Assembly (NCBI GenBank): GCA_037969175.1
Contig: JBBKWX010000039.1
Coordinates: 3,752 to 67,751, forward strand
Direction: 5' to 3'
Origin: Bacteroidia bacterium
Lineage (GTDB): Bacteria > Bacteroidota > Bacteroidia > AKYH767-A > JBBKVM01
Length of the DNA: 64,000 bases
Position 1 is the stretch's first letter; each line of letters begins with the position of its first letter. Under the pieces are notes generated by a model, which saw nothing but the letters and a program-made list of their open reading frames with translations, was not told the origin of the DNA and did not search any database. This document shows positions 47,775 through 57,491 of the stretch, in pieces. Made by a program: the position numbers and the translations under genes.

Positions 47775-48725
47775 TTATGAAAGATTTGAAGAATAAGATT
47801 TTTCACCTAGAAACGATCTCAATTTTTCTCCATCGCCATGAACAGTCATCACTTTACTTGCACCTGAATTATCAATCAATTCTATCAATTCATTCCAATC
47901 TGCATGATCAGAAACAGGCAAAACATGGTTTCCCCTTGCGCCATAGTGATCCCAACCGGAGGCGAAAAATTTAACTAAATTTTTCTTCCAGGGATAGGAA
48001 TGATAATAAGGAGGCGGCACAATGATTTTCAAAGAGCTATTTTCTTTTAATTCATGTTTATCATACACTTTCCAGTCACCGAGAAAGATCCCGGCTTTTT
48101 CATAAGCTTTGTGAAAGGGTAAAATATCCGCATGAATCCTTATGTTTGTTTGACCATGATCATGCAAGAGGCGAGTGATACTCTGAGCCTTACCCATTAC
48201 ATAAGACCCGATCAAAATGTTGTGATCTTGAAAATCAGAAAGTTTATTAACTGCAATTTGTAATTCCGGATGAGTTTTAAAAGGATCAGCATATGTGCTT
48301 TCCGTAATTAATACATCACATGCTATAAGTTCAAAATTTTCGCATGAAAAGTCCTTTCTTAATTTGAAATCACCTGTATACAAAAACCGGATCCCTTCAA
48401 ACTCCATCAATACCTGAGCACTTCCTAGCATATGACCTGCAGGATAAAAACTGAATTTAACAGGTCCTGAAACAAATGTTTCTCCAAAATCATGAATACA
48501 TAACTCATTTTTAAGGCGAGTACCATATCGGGCTATTGCCAGTGAAGCAGTATGAGGAGTACAATGGATCTTTTTTACTCCCGGATTAAAATGATCAGCA
48601 TGTGCATGTGAAACAACTGCTTCCGAAACAACTCTTCTGGCATCAAGCCACATATCTACAGGCAAGATCTTTAATCCAGTTTTCGTTTCTTCAATAAATT
48701 CAGAAATTGAATTATCCGGAATCAT
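47775..48725 (-). CDS. MBL-fold metallo-hydrolase (beta-CASP / RNA-metabolising or ligase-associated-exonuclease-like subgroup; specific function not assignable).
   Basis: HAHADH motif near the N-terminus. A downstream ...GH...D...H pattern is present. 316 aa. Confidence 0.65.
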   Translation of the reverse strand: MIPDNSISEFIEETKTGLKILPVDMWLDARRVVSEAVVSHAHADHFNPGVKKIHCTPHTASLAIARYGTRLKNELCIHDFGETFVSGPVKFSFYPAGHMLGSAQVLMEFEGIRFLYTGDFKLRKDFSCENFELIACDVLITESTYADPFKTHPELQIAVNKLSDFQDHNILIGSYVMGKAQSITRLLHDHGQTNIRIHADILPFHKAYEKAGIFLGDWKVYDKHELKENSSLKIIVPPPYYHSYPWKKNLVKFFASGWDHYGARGNHVLPVSDHADWNELIELIDNSGASKVMTVHGDGEKLRSFLGEKSYSSNLS

Positions 48726-49324
48726 TATGCTTTTGCTCTACTTATAAATGTTCTGTGCAGTGATAAAACTTGTGGAATCAGTAAATCAGTTCCTGAATTA
48801 TCAATCACAAAATCAGACAAAGCTTCAACTTTATCTTGTGACAATTGAGCATCGATTATTTTCTTGATCTGTTCCCGATTCTTACCATCTCTGAGCATGA
48901 CCCTTTCAATCCTGACATCAACGGGAGCAGACACACACACGATCTTGTCCATTCCATTATTGCTTCCACTTTCAAACATGATGGCTGCTTCTTTTATCAC
49001 ATAACTGATCGAAGCAGGAAATGATCTATGCCACTTATCGAAATCTTTGGCTACTGCAGGATGAACCAGATCATTCAAATTTAGTCTTAAGTTATCATCG
49101 TTAAATATTCTTGATGAAACATAAGCTGTGTCAAGCTTTCCTAAAGAGTTATAAGCTGGCGACCCAATTAAGTTGCTTATCTCGGTCATCAATACAGCAT
49201 CCGAATTCATTAAGTATTTAGCTCTGAGATCGGCATTGTAAACGGGGGTGCCAAGTATATTGAATACTTCTGAAATTAAAGATTTTCCACTTCCTATCCC
49301 TCCTGTAAGTCCGATCTTTAACAT
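48725..49324 (-). CDS. coaE: Dephospho-CoA kinase.
   Basis: Walker A IGLTGGIGSGKS at the N-terminus. 199 aa. Confidence 0.9.
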   Translation of the reverse strand: MLKIGLTGGIGSGKSLISEVFNILGTPVYNADLRAKYLMNSDAVLMTEISNLIGSPAYNSLGKLDTAYVSSRIFNDDNLRLNLNDLVHPAVAKDFDKWHRSFPASISYVIKEAAIMFESGSNNGMDKIVCVSAPVDVRIERVMLRDGKNREQIKKIIDAQLSQDKVEALSDFVIDNSGTDLLIPQVLSLHRTFISRAKA

Positions 49325-49326
49325 AT

Positions 49327-50328
49327 TTATTTTTTGAGTATAAAATCCAAACTTACCGGATCGATACTCATTATTTTAACAAAATCCGGATGTTTGCCAA
49401 CATTGACTTTCAATCTGGTTGCCCTTTCAAGATCTGTTCCTTGCAAGTCTACAAAAACTTCAAAAAGTCCGGATTCAGCTTTAGTGTATAGACTTAATGG
49501 CACGGTATAAACTATTTCAACTTCGTCAGGAATAAGTCGTAATCTACTTGTTTGATTTAGATTCCTGACCTTAACTTTTGCCATGATTCTTCCTTCCGTA
49601 TATTTTTCAACAGGAATAAATATTCGAACACCCTTTAAATCTGTTCTTATATCTGATTTAATGGGAATATCGATCTCAATATTTTCACTTAGATCCTGCT
49701 CTAATCCTTTTGCCTTAAATAGCTTGGTTGAAATTGAATCAATATCATTGAGTACTTCGGAATCTCCGGATACTAAGATTGATGCTGGTTCTATTCGAAC
49801 CGGTCCGGCATAACCAAATGATCTTGCGAATGTAATTTCAGCATTTAGTTTAACAGGAATTCTTTTAACACTTAAGTTTTTGAATTCTATTTTTACCAAA
49901 CCGGGATTCAATTCTATTATTTCAATATCGCCTTTCAATTTTGTTTTGAATATACTTTCGAAATATTCTTTGGATAGATTAACTTCCGTTTTCGAGGTTT
50001 GGGACTTCGAATAAGTTAATTTTGATAGATCTATTTTGATCGAATCTGTGGTATTTGAAAATAAAAATCTACGCAAGTTAAACCCACTGCCCCTGATCAC
50101 AAGTTCAAACTTGGAAGGTAGGGAGTTTGCCAATACTTTATCCGATGGAATACCTGAAAAAGACACGGGGACATTAATATGTGTCGAGTATTCTTTAGTT
50201 AAAGCAGTAAGTACCCAGAAAATTGTAGCAAGAAAAAGACAGAACAGAAATATTGGAATTCTGTCCTGTCTTTTATTATCAGAATCAATAGATCCTGATC
50301 TTATAAATTTGAGCAAGCGTGTCTTCAT
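49327..50328 (-). CDS. YbbR-like (CdaR-like) domain protein; N-terminal TM anchor.
   Basis: 333 aa. A single N-terminal TM helix, then repeated beta-rich YbbR-like segments. Conserved position between coaE and yajC in Bacteroidota. Confidence 0.6.
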   Translation of the reverse strand: MKTRLLKFIRSGSIDSDNKRQDRIPIFLFCLFLATIFWVLTALTKEYSTHINVPVSFSGIPSDKVLANSLPSKFELVIRGSGFNLRRFLFSNTTDSIKIDLSKLTYSKSQTSKTEVNLSKEYFESIFKTKLKGDIEIIELNPGLVKIEFKNLSVKRIPVKLNAEITFARSFGYAGPVRIEPASILVSGDSEVLNDIDSISTKLFKAKGLEQDLSENIEIDIPIKSDIRTDLKGVRIFIPVEKYTEGRIMAKVKVRNLNQTSRLRLIPDEVEIVYTVPLSLYTKAESGLFEVFVDLQGTDLERATRLKVNVGKHPDFVKIMSIDPVSLDFILKK

Positions 50329-50340
50329 GCTCCGGAATTA

Positions 50341-50658
50341 TTATTTTCCTTCCTGAAACTGCTTACTTGCTTCTGCAGATATGGATGACTTTTCAAAACG
50401 AAGTTTAACATTACCATCTACTTCAATCAAAATAGTACGCTCTTCAATATCAGCAATTTTTCCATGCATTCCACCAATAGTAACTACTTTATCGCCTTTT
50501 TTAATACTTTCTCTGAAAGTTCTTTCTGTTTTCGCTTTTTTGGTCTGAGGACGAATCATGAAAAAGTAAAAAACTACAAAGATCAAAAGGATCATTAATA
50601 AGGATTGCATTCCAGATCCTTCTGGTGCTGCCTGTAAGAGCAAATTTGGTATCATCAT
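50341..50658 (-). CDS. yajC: Preprotein translocase subunit YajC.
   Basis: 105 aa. A single TM helix then KKGDKVVTIGGMHGKIADIEE, the YajC signature. Confidence 0.88.
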   Translation of the reverse strand: MMIPNLLLQAAPEGSGMQSLLMILLIFVVFYFFMIRPQTKKAKTERTFRESIKKGDKVVTIGGMHGKIADIEERTILIEVDGNVKLRFEKSSISAEASKQFQEGK

Positions 50659-50676
50659 ATTTATATTCTTAAACGT

Positions 50677-51147
50677 TTACTTGGTTAAAACTTCTCCTGT
50701 AAGAGTAAGTACTTTGGTATTTGGGACTGTGTTCGCTACAACTGTAACGGTGACACGCTGAATTCCGGTTTTCCCTTCGCTGTTGAACACAACGTCAATA
50801 ACTCCCTCTTGACCGGCTTTAATTGGTTCTTTAGGAAACGAAGGTACTGTACATCCACAACTTCCTGCAGCTGAAGAAATAATCAGGTCAGTATTCCCAT
50901 CATTTTTAAACTTGAAAGAATGGTTTACCTTTTCACCTTGTGCTATTTTCCCAAAATCATGTTCAATATGATCAAATGTAAACTCAGGAAGCTTGTCAGC
51001 ATCAGGCTCAGGAGAATCTGCAGATGCAGGATTATTCACTATATCTGAATTCAATGTCCCATCAGCATTTGTTGATGAATCATTCCCGCAGGAAACAAAT
51101 AAGATTGAAATAGCTATTGCTATGACTTTAACTGATAATATTCTCAT
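50677..51147 (-). CDS. DUF1573 domain lipoprotein.
   Basis: Lipobox ILFVSCG. Conserved ...GAGSCGCTVP...EGVIDVVFN... is the DUF1573 core. Confidence 0.75.
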   Translation of the reverse strand: MRILSVKVIAIAISILFVSCGNDSSTNADGTLNSDIVNNPASADSPEPDADKLPEFTFDHIEHDFGKIAQGEKVNHSFKFKNDGNTDLIISSAAGSCGCTVPSFPKEPIKAGQEGVIDVVFNSEGKTGIQRVTVTVVANTVPNTKVLTLTGEVLTK

Positions 51148-51192
51148 TTTTTATTCGATTTAGAATACAATATTATTGAAAATTTGATTTAC

Positions 51193-52137
51193 TTATTCCA
51201 TCAATCCTCTTCCGGACTTCTTAATATCACCTTTATTTTTTCTGTCAGTGACCAATTTATCCAAAACTCCATTGATAAATACTCTGCTTTTGGGAGTACT
51301 ATAATCTTTGCTGATATCAATATATTCATTGATAGAAACCTTAACCGGAATAGCAGAAAAATTTAAGATCTCAGAAAGTGACATCTTTAGTAAGATGATA
51401 TCCATCAATGCTATCCTTTCTACTTCCCAATTTTTTGTCTTTTCTGCTATCTCCGTTTCAAAATCCTTATCATTTCGAATTGTACCTCTTAACAGATCCC
51501 TGCAAAAATCAACATCATCTTCAGGATCTCTGAATTGAGCCATCAGAACGGTTCCCGTTTGGCCTTCCTTAATAGCTTTAATCGTTTTGATGACCATCGT
51601 ATCAATGAATTTCTGATCCTCACTCCAAAAGATGGACTTGTCTTCAAAGTGAGCCTCCAATAATTCATTATCAGATAAAAATTTCTTGTATACCCAAATC
51701 AAAAAATCCTTTTCCTGGGCAACGGTTCTATCTGAAATATTGATGTGCTCCAGATATTCGGGAGTATTTCTAAACTCTTTAAATACTTTTTTTACCTGAT
51801 CGATATCCTTTTGCCAGGAGATCTTCTTATCCTTGATCAATTTGGCAAACAACGTATCATCTGTGATTGCAGAAATAATTCTGTTATCAAAGAAACGTCC
51901 TTTGGAAATGAGATCATTTGCATCCGGCCTGTGTTTCAACTGGGAATCCATGGCGTAGGTACGGTCCACATCTGCCAACTCCAAAAGGAACAGGATCTTG
52001 TATAAGTATAGCTCATACAATTTATCAAGACTTGAGAACAGATCTTTCTCGGTCTTATAAAGATCGGGCGACTCTGATTGAAAATGAGCGTACAAGGCCT
52101 GCATTACCTTTACACGAAGGTGTCTTCTACTGAGCAT
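51193..52137 (-). CDS. nusB: Transcription antitermination factor NusB (long Bacteroidota form).
   Basis: MLSRRHLRVKVMQALYA..., with the C-terminal NusB fold segment ...ERIALMDIILLKMSLSEIL... Confidence 0.85.
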   Translation of the reverse strand: MLSRRHLRVKVMQALYAHFQSESPDLYKTEKDLFSSLDKLYELYLYKILFLLELADVDRTYAMDSQLKHRPDANDLISKGRFFDNRIISAITDDTLFAKLIKDKKISWQKDIDQVKKVFKEFRNTPEYLEHINISDRTVAQEKDFLIWVYKKFLSDNELLEAHFEDKSIFWSEDQKFIDTMVIKTIKAIKEGQTGTVLMAQFRDPEDDVDFCRDLLRGTIRNDKDFETEIAEKTKNWEVERIALMDIILLKMSLSEILNFSAIPVKVSINEYIDISKDYSTPKSRVFINGVLDKLVTDRKNKGDIKKSGRGLME

Positions 52138-52192
52138 ACTTAAGAATAAGAACGATTGAGGATATTCCTCTTTTTATTGCCAAAAGGCTTAA

Positions 52193-53299
52193 TTAAAATG
52201 ATGACTTAACTCTTCCAATATCAAGAATTCGCTTCTCTGCAATCTGCATTGCAGCTTGCTGTGTTGGAATAGATTTTTCTGCAGAAAGTTTTAATATGTC
52301 TAGAGTTACATGATAGATCTTTTCAGTTGCAACTTTTGCTCTTTCTCTGTTATATCCTTGCAATTCACTGTAAACATTGATCAAACCACCCGCATTTATC
52401 AGGAAATCAGGAGCATAAACTATTCCTTTTTGGATAAGCATATCGCCATGTCTTTTCTCAACAGCAAGTTGATTATTTGCAGCCCCGGCAACAATAGCAC
52501 ATTTTAATCTGCTGATCGTATCATCATTCAAGGTTGCACCCAAAGCACAAGGAGCATAAATATCCACATCCAGGTCATAGATTGAATCTTTATCAACTAC
52601 TGTTGCACCATGTTCACGAGATACCTGATCTAACTGGTCCTGGTGGATATCAGAAATAAAAACGATAGCATTCTCAGCTCTTAGCATTTTAACAAGATGC
52701 TCTCCCACGTGTCCTACTCCTTGAACTGATACTCTTTTACCTTCCAGACTATCATTTCCATAGACATGTTTTGCAGAGGCTTTCATTCCCATGTAAACAC
52801 CATAAGCGGTTACAGGAGATGGGTCTCCTCCTCCACCCATAGATTCAGGAAGTCCGGTTACGTGTTCTGTTTCCATGGCCACAAATTCCATGTCACGAGT
52901 ACTTGTACCAACATCTTCAGCAGTAATGTATTTACCATTTAGATTTTGAACAAATTTTCCAAACTTTCTAAAAAGGGCTTCAGACTTATCGACTTTAGAA
53001 TCAGCGATGATCACCGCTTTTCCACCACCTAAATTTAAACCTGAGATAGCAGCCTTGTAGGACATTCCTCTTGAAAGTCGCAAAACATCTTTCAATGCCT
53101 CGGCTTCAGTAGCATATTTCCACATTCTTGTTCCGCCCAAAGCAGGTCCCAGAACTGTGTTATGAATAGCAATTATGGCTTTTAACCCACTGTCTTTATC
53201 ATGACAATAAACAACCTGTTCATGGCCCAATTCATCCATCTGCCCAAATACAGAATCTTCAGATACAGGCATATTTTTTATATCAGTTACTTCAAGCAT
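52193..53299 (-). CDS. Leu/Phe/Val (Glu/Leu/Phe/Val family) amino-acid dehydrogenase, probably leucine dehydrogenase.
   Basis: 368 aa. Catalytic Lys region ...LGGGKAVI... NAD Rossmann VSVQGVGHVGEHLV. Confidence 0.85.
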   Translation of the reverse strand: MLEVTDIKNMPVSEDSVFGQMDELGHEQVVYCHDKDSGLKAIIAIHNTVLGPALGGTRMWKYATEAEALKDVLRLSRGMSYKAAISGLNLGGGKAVIIADSKVDKSEALFRKFGKFVQNLNGKYITAEDVGTSTRDMEFVAMETEHVTGLPESMGGGGDPSPVTAYGVYMGMKASAKHVYGNDSLEGKRVSVQGVGHVGEHLVKMLRAENAIVFISDIHQDQLDQVSREHGATVVDKDSIYDLDVDIYAPCALGATLNDDTISRLKCAIVAGAANNQLAVEKRHGDMLIQKGIVYAPDFLINAGGLINVYSELQGYNRERAKVATEKIYHVTLDILKLSAEKSIPTQQAAMQIAEKRILDIGRVKSSF

Positions 53300-53431
53300 T
53301 TCTGAAAGTTTTGAGGTATTAATTGTAAATTTGTCAAATCCGGTTTCCAGATAGATTCTTACCCCGTTTTTGACCGGCGCAAAGGTAGAGTTTATTTTTA
53401 GTTGAGCAAAACAGATATTGCCGGCAATTTT

Positions 53432-55240
53432 ATGAGATCCCTCTTCTATCTAAATAAATATTTCTATAAGTACCGTCGACGTATGTTGCTCGGAGTCATA
53501 TTTGTAGCAGTCTCAAATTTGTTTGCAATTTATCCTGCTCAAGTCATCGGACATGCCTTTGATCTGATCGCAGAATCCCTGCAACTGAGTAGTTTATTTA
53601 CACAATTCAGTCATGAAAGTGGTATCCGGAGATCACTTGCCCTCAATGCCTTTATGTTTGGGCTATTGGTCATCGTGCTTGCTCTTCTCAAAGGACTCTT
53701 TACGTTTTTCATGCGTCAAACGATCATTGTTGTATCCAGACTTATCGAATATGATCTCAAAAATGAGATCTTCAACCATTATCAAAAACTGGGTTTGGCT
53801 TTCTATAAGAAAAACAATACCGGCGATCTGATGGCAAGAATAAGTGAAGATGTAAGCAGGGTAAGAATGTATCTGGGACCGGCAATAATGTATACAATAA
53901 ACCTGATCGTCTTGTTCATTCTGGTTGTATCTACTATGATCAGTGTCAATCCCCGATTGACCTTATATGTTTTACTGCCTCTGCCTTTACTTTCGTTTTC
54001 AATTTGGTATGTCCACAGTATCATAATCATGCGATCGGAGAGAGTTCAATCGAAGCTGTCTGATCTTTCTACTTTTGTTCAGGAATCATTCTCCGGCGTC
54101 AGGGTCTTAAAATCATTCGGAAGAGAAGAACAAAACTCTCAAACATTTGCTGCTGAATGTGACAACTATAAAGATAAATCGCTGTCATTAGTTAAAGTTA
54201 ATGCACTTTTCCAACCTATCATGCTCATTTTGATAGGCCTTAGCACCTTATTGACAGTTTATGTAGGCGGGCTTAAAACCATTTCCGGGGAAATCAGTGC
54301 AGGAAATATTGCCGAATTCATCATATATGTGAATATGCTTACATGGCCTGTTACATCCCTTGGATGGGTCACTTCTTTGGTTCAAAGAGCCGCAGCATCA
54401 CAAGAAAGAATAAATGAATTTCTGCATACCAAGCCTGAGATTGTTTCTGTTGAACATGGACCATCGATCACCAAAGCAGATATTGAATTTAAGAACGTAA
54501 GTTTTATTTACCCCGATTCGGGGATCAGGGCATTAGAAAATGTTTCCTTTAAGATAGAAGATGGTAAATCTCTGGCCATTTTGGGAAGAACCGGATCCGG
54601 AAAATCGACAATAGCTCATCTGATTTCCAGATTGTATGATCCTACATCAGGCGAAATATTGATCGGAGGGATAAACATTAAAGAATATCCTTTAGATCAT
54701 ATCAGAAATGAAATGGGCTATGTACCACAAGATGTATTTCTCTTTTCAGATACATTAGCCGAAAATATTGCCTTTGGGAAAGACACTGAGAAAGGAAGTA
54801 AACGAGAAGAATTGATCAAAAATGCTGCAAAACAAGCCGCCGTGTTTGATAACATATCGGAATTCCCCTTAGGATTCGAAACCCGATTGGGAGAAAGAGG
54901 TATCACATTATCCGGTGGTCAAAAGCAACGAGTTTCTATTGCCAGAGCGCTGATCCGCGAGCCGCGTATCCTGGTCCTCGATGACAGTCTTTCTGCAGTT
55001 GATACCAAAACGGAGGAAACAATTCTGGAAAACCTGAAAGATGTGATCAAAAACAGAACTTCGATTTTGATCAGTCATCGTATATCTACATTGAAGTATG
55101 CAGATCATATACTAGTTATAGATGCCGGTAAATCCATAGAATATGGAACACATAAAGCCCTGTTGGAACAGGGAGAACTTTATGCTGAATTGTATGAAAA
55201 GCAGCTAACAGAAGAGGATTCATTGAAGGATCAGTTATAA
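53432..55240 (+). CDS. ABC transporter ATP-binding/permease fusion (MsbA-like type I exporter).
   Basis: 6-TM N-domain. Walker A GRTGSGKST. Signature LSGGQKQRVSIARAL. Walker B ILVLDD. ATG 53432 is preferred over the track's TTG at 53402. Confidence 0.88.
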   Translation: MRSLFYLNKYFYKYRRRMLLGVIFVAVSNLFAIYPAQVIGHAFDLIAESLQLSSLFTQFSHESGIRRSLALNAFMFGLLVIVLALLKGLFTFFMRQTIIVVSRLIEYDLKNEIFNHYQKLGLAFYKKNNTGDLMARISEDVSRVRMYLGPAIMYTINLIVLFILVVSTMISVNPRLTLYVLLPLPLLSFSIWYVHSIIIMRSERVQSKLSDLSTFVQESFSGVRVLKSFGREEQNSQTFAAECDNYKDKSLSLVKVNALFQPIMLILIGLSTLLTVYVGGLKTISGEISAGNIAEFIIYVNMLTWPVTSLGWVTSLVQRAAASQERINEFLHTKPEIVSVEHGPSITKADIEFKNVSFIYPDSGIRALENVSFKIEDGKSLAILGRTGSGKSTIAHLISRLYDPTSGEILIGGINIKEYPLDHIRNEMGYVPQDVFLFSDTLAENIAFGKDTEKGSKREELIKNAAKQAAVFDNISEFPLGFETRLGERGITLSGGQKQRVSIARALIREPRILVLDDSLSAVDTKTEETILENLKDVIKNRTSILISHRISTLKYADHILVIDAGKSIEYGTHKALLEQGELYAELYEKQLTEEDSLKDQL

Positions 55241-55322
55241 TAAAACATATATTTCAATATATCAAACTGATTTTCAGAATATAAATTATTTTACTTCACC
55301 CTCTACTAATTAAATAATTTCC

Positions 55323-55330
55323 TATTTTTG
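55323..55330 (+). promoter_or_regulatory. -7 promoter box TATTTTTG for the DUF3276 gene.
   Basis: TAnnTTTG consensus 20 nt upstream of ATG 55351. Confidence 0.4.
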
Positions 55331-55350
55331 CCTTATTCAATACCAGAACG

Positions 55351-55755
55351 ATGAGTGATTTTGAGAATAACGACCAAGGTGAAATTTTTTCTAAAGCGGT
55401 TCGCGCCGGAAAAAGAACCTATTTTTTTGATGTGAAGGCAACCAGAGGAAATGAATATTACCTCACCATCACAGAAAGCAAAAAGTATTTTGAGGACGAC
55501 AAACCTTTTTATAAAAAGCACAAGCTATTCTTATACAAAGAAGATTTCGAAAAATTTGTAGAAGGATTAGATGAAGCCGTTTCATATATCCAGGATAATC
55601 AACCTGAATCTGACAGACCATCTTATTCAGAGCCTGATGAAAGCCCTACTCCTACTCAAAGCGATGAAAGTCAGGATAATTCAAATTCAAATCCATCATT
55701 TACGGACATCAAATTTGAAGATCTGGGCTCCGACGACTCAAACAACAATAGCTAA
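55351..55755 (+). CDS. PUR-alpha-like nucleic-acid-binding protein (DUF3276) with an acidic disordered C-terminal tail.
   Basis: ...RAGKRTYFFDVKATRGNEYYLTITESKK...HKLFLYKEDFEKFVEGL is the DUF3276 PUR repeat. The C-terminal ~50 aa are S/D/E/N/P-rich low complexity. Confidence 0.8.
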   Translation: MSDFENNDQGEIFSKAVRAGKRTYFFDVKATRGNEYYLTITESKKYFEDDKPFYKKHKLFLYKEDFEKFVEGLDEAVSYIQDNQPESDRPSYSEPDESPTPTQSDESQDNSNSNPSFTDIKFEDLGSDDSNNNS

Positions 55756-55772
55756 AAACTAAGATCTTATGG

Positions 55773-55803
55773 AAAGCCCTGTTTGTTTAACAGGGCTTTT
55801 TCA
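55773..55803 (+). terminator. Rho-independent terminator after the DUF3276 gene.
   Basis: AAAGCCCTG-tttgtttaa-CAGGGCTTT followed by TTTC. Confidence 0.7.
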
Positions 55804-55981
55804 TTTAAGCACTCACATTGCTCTGTGTATAACTTACCGGCAGATGTGGATAAATAGCAACAACCACGTAGTATCTTTAAAGGGTCAAACCAAAAAGTTC
55901 AGTATTTTTGCAATGCTGAATGATTTGATAATTGCCCTATAAATACTTTATTCAGGCTTAGCTAGTTTAAGTAATGTAAAC

Positions 55982-56686
55982 ATGAAAATTACATATTACG
56001 GACATGCGTGTTTCTTACTTGAGGTAAAAGGAAAATCCCTTTTGTTTGATCCATTTATAAGTCCAAATAGTTTAGCATCTAAAATAGACGTAAATACCAT
56101 CCCTGCTGATTATATATTGATCTCTCACGGACATGAAGATCATATTGCAGATGCTATTTCTATTGCTGAAAGAACCGGTGCAATGGTCATCAGTAATTTT
56201 GAGATCATCCAATGGTTGGGTACAAAAGGAATTGAAAATAGTCATCCTATGAACACAGGAGGTCATTGGAATTTCGATTTTGGAAAAGTGAAATGCGTGA
56301 ATGCAGTTCATTCCAGCTCTATGCCGGATGGCAGTTATGGTGGGACTGCAATGGGTTTCTTGATAGAAACTGAAGAAGGAAATATATATTATTCAGGTGA
56401 TACTGCACTTAACTACGACATGAAATTAATTGGCGGATATAAAGAAATTGATCTTGCCCTGCTTCCTATCGGGGGTAATTTCACTATGGGTGTTGATAAT
56501 GCAATCATTGCTGCCGAATTTGTAAAATGCGATAAAATAATTGGTTTGCATTACGATACTTTTGGTTTGATCAAGATCGACCATGAAGATGCGATCCGAA
56601 AATTCAGCGCCAATGGACTGGACCTTATGCTGATGGAGATAGGAACTTCCAGAGAATTTAATTTAAAAACTCAAGCCCATGGGTAA
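55982..56686 (+). CDS. MBL-fold metallo-hydrolase (UPF0173-like).
   Basis: 234 aa. ISHGHEDH motif. Downstream His/Asp ligands (...HYDTF...). Confidence 0.8.
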   Translation: MKITYYGHACFLLEVKGKSLLFDPFISPNSLASKIDVNTIPADYILISHGHEDHIADAISIAERTGAMVISNFEIIQWLGTKGIENSHPMNTGGHWNFDFGKVKCVNAVHSSSMPDGSYGGTAMGFLIETEEGNIYYSGDTALNYDMKLIGGYKEIDLALLPIGGNFTMGVDNAIIAAEFVKCDKIIGLHYDTFGLIKIDHEDAIRKFSANGLDLMLMEIGTSREFNLKTQAHG

Positions 56687-57491
56687 AATAATAGCTATTG
56701 CCAATCAAAAAGGCGGAGTAGGAAAAACAACAACTGCAATAAATCTTGCTGCAAGTTTAGCCGTTCTTGAATACAAAACGCTTCTTGTAGATGCTGACCC
56801 ACAGGCCAACGCTACTTCGGGAGTCGGTTTTGATCCAAGAAATATCAAGACTTCTGTCTATGAATGCATTATCAACGATGTGAATCCAATTGATATCATT
56901 CTGAGTACGGAAACACCAAATCTCTACTTACTTCCAAGTCATATTGATCTTGTTGGTGCTGAGATTGAAATGATCAATCTTCCAAACCGTGAGAAAAGAA
57001 TGAAACAGGTCTTTTCATTGATCAAGGATGATTATGATTTTATAATTATTGATTGTTCACCATCTTTGGGATTGATCACGATCAACGCCCTATGTGGTGC
57101 TGATTCAGTAATCATCCCGGTTCAATGCGAATATTTTGCACTTGAAGGATTAGGGAAATTGCTGAATACAATCAAGATCGTTCAAACTAGACTTAATCCT
57201 GAACTGGAGATCGAAGGAATCTTGCTTACCATGTATGATACCCGCCTTCGCCTTTCCAACCAGGTTGTTGAAGAAGTTAAGACGCATTTCCAGCAAATGG
57301 TTTTTGATACCATCATACAACGAAATACCAAACTGGGTGAAGCACCTAGTTTTGGACAAACCATCATAATGCATGATGTAGATTGTAAAGGATCTATCAA
57401 TTATCTTAACCTTGCCAGAGAGGTGCTTCAGAAAAATAATTTTACCCGTATAACGGAATCAGACAAAATAATTGATATTGATGAGCAGTAA
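56679..57491 (+). CDS. parA: ParA/Soj chromosome-partitioning ATPase.
   Basis: Deviant Walker A KIIAIANQKGGVGKTTTAINLA. Confidence 0.92.
   Translation: MGKIIAIANQKGGVGKTTTAINLAASLAVLEYKTLLVDADPQANATSGVGFDPRNIKTSVYECIINDVNPIDIILSTETPNLYLLPSHIDLVGAEIEMINLPNREKRMKQVFSLIKDDYDFIIIDCSPSLGLITINALCGADSVIIPVQCEYFALEGLGKLLNTIKIVQTRLNPELEIEGILLTMYDTRLRLSNQVVEEVKTHFQQMVFDTIIQRNTKLGEAPSFGQTIIMHDVDCKGSINYLNLAREVLQKNNFTRITESDKIIDIDEQ

Noticed and set aside
47775-48725. Considered whether the HAHADH MBL protein marks a ligase-associated DNA-repair (Lhr/LigD-linked exonuclease) system.
   Set aside because: No ligase, helicase or other repair partner is adjacent. It sits in a housekeeping operon (nnr-MBL-coaE), so I make only a generic MBL hydrolase call.
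52160-52185. Weak hairpin GAGGA-tat-TCCTC followed by TTTTTATTG on the + strand, between the Leu dehydrogenase and nusB genes.
   Set aside because: The stem is only 5 bp and faces the + strand, where there is no upstream + gene. Not convincing as a terminator.
55333-55521. 62-aa minus-strand ORF overlapping the DUF3276 gene.
   Set aside because: Antisense to a conserved PUR-alpha-like gene.
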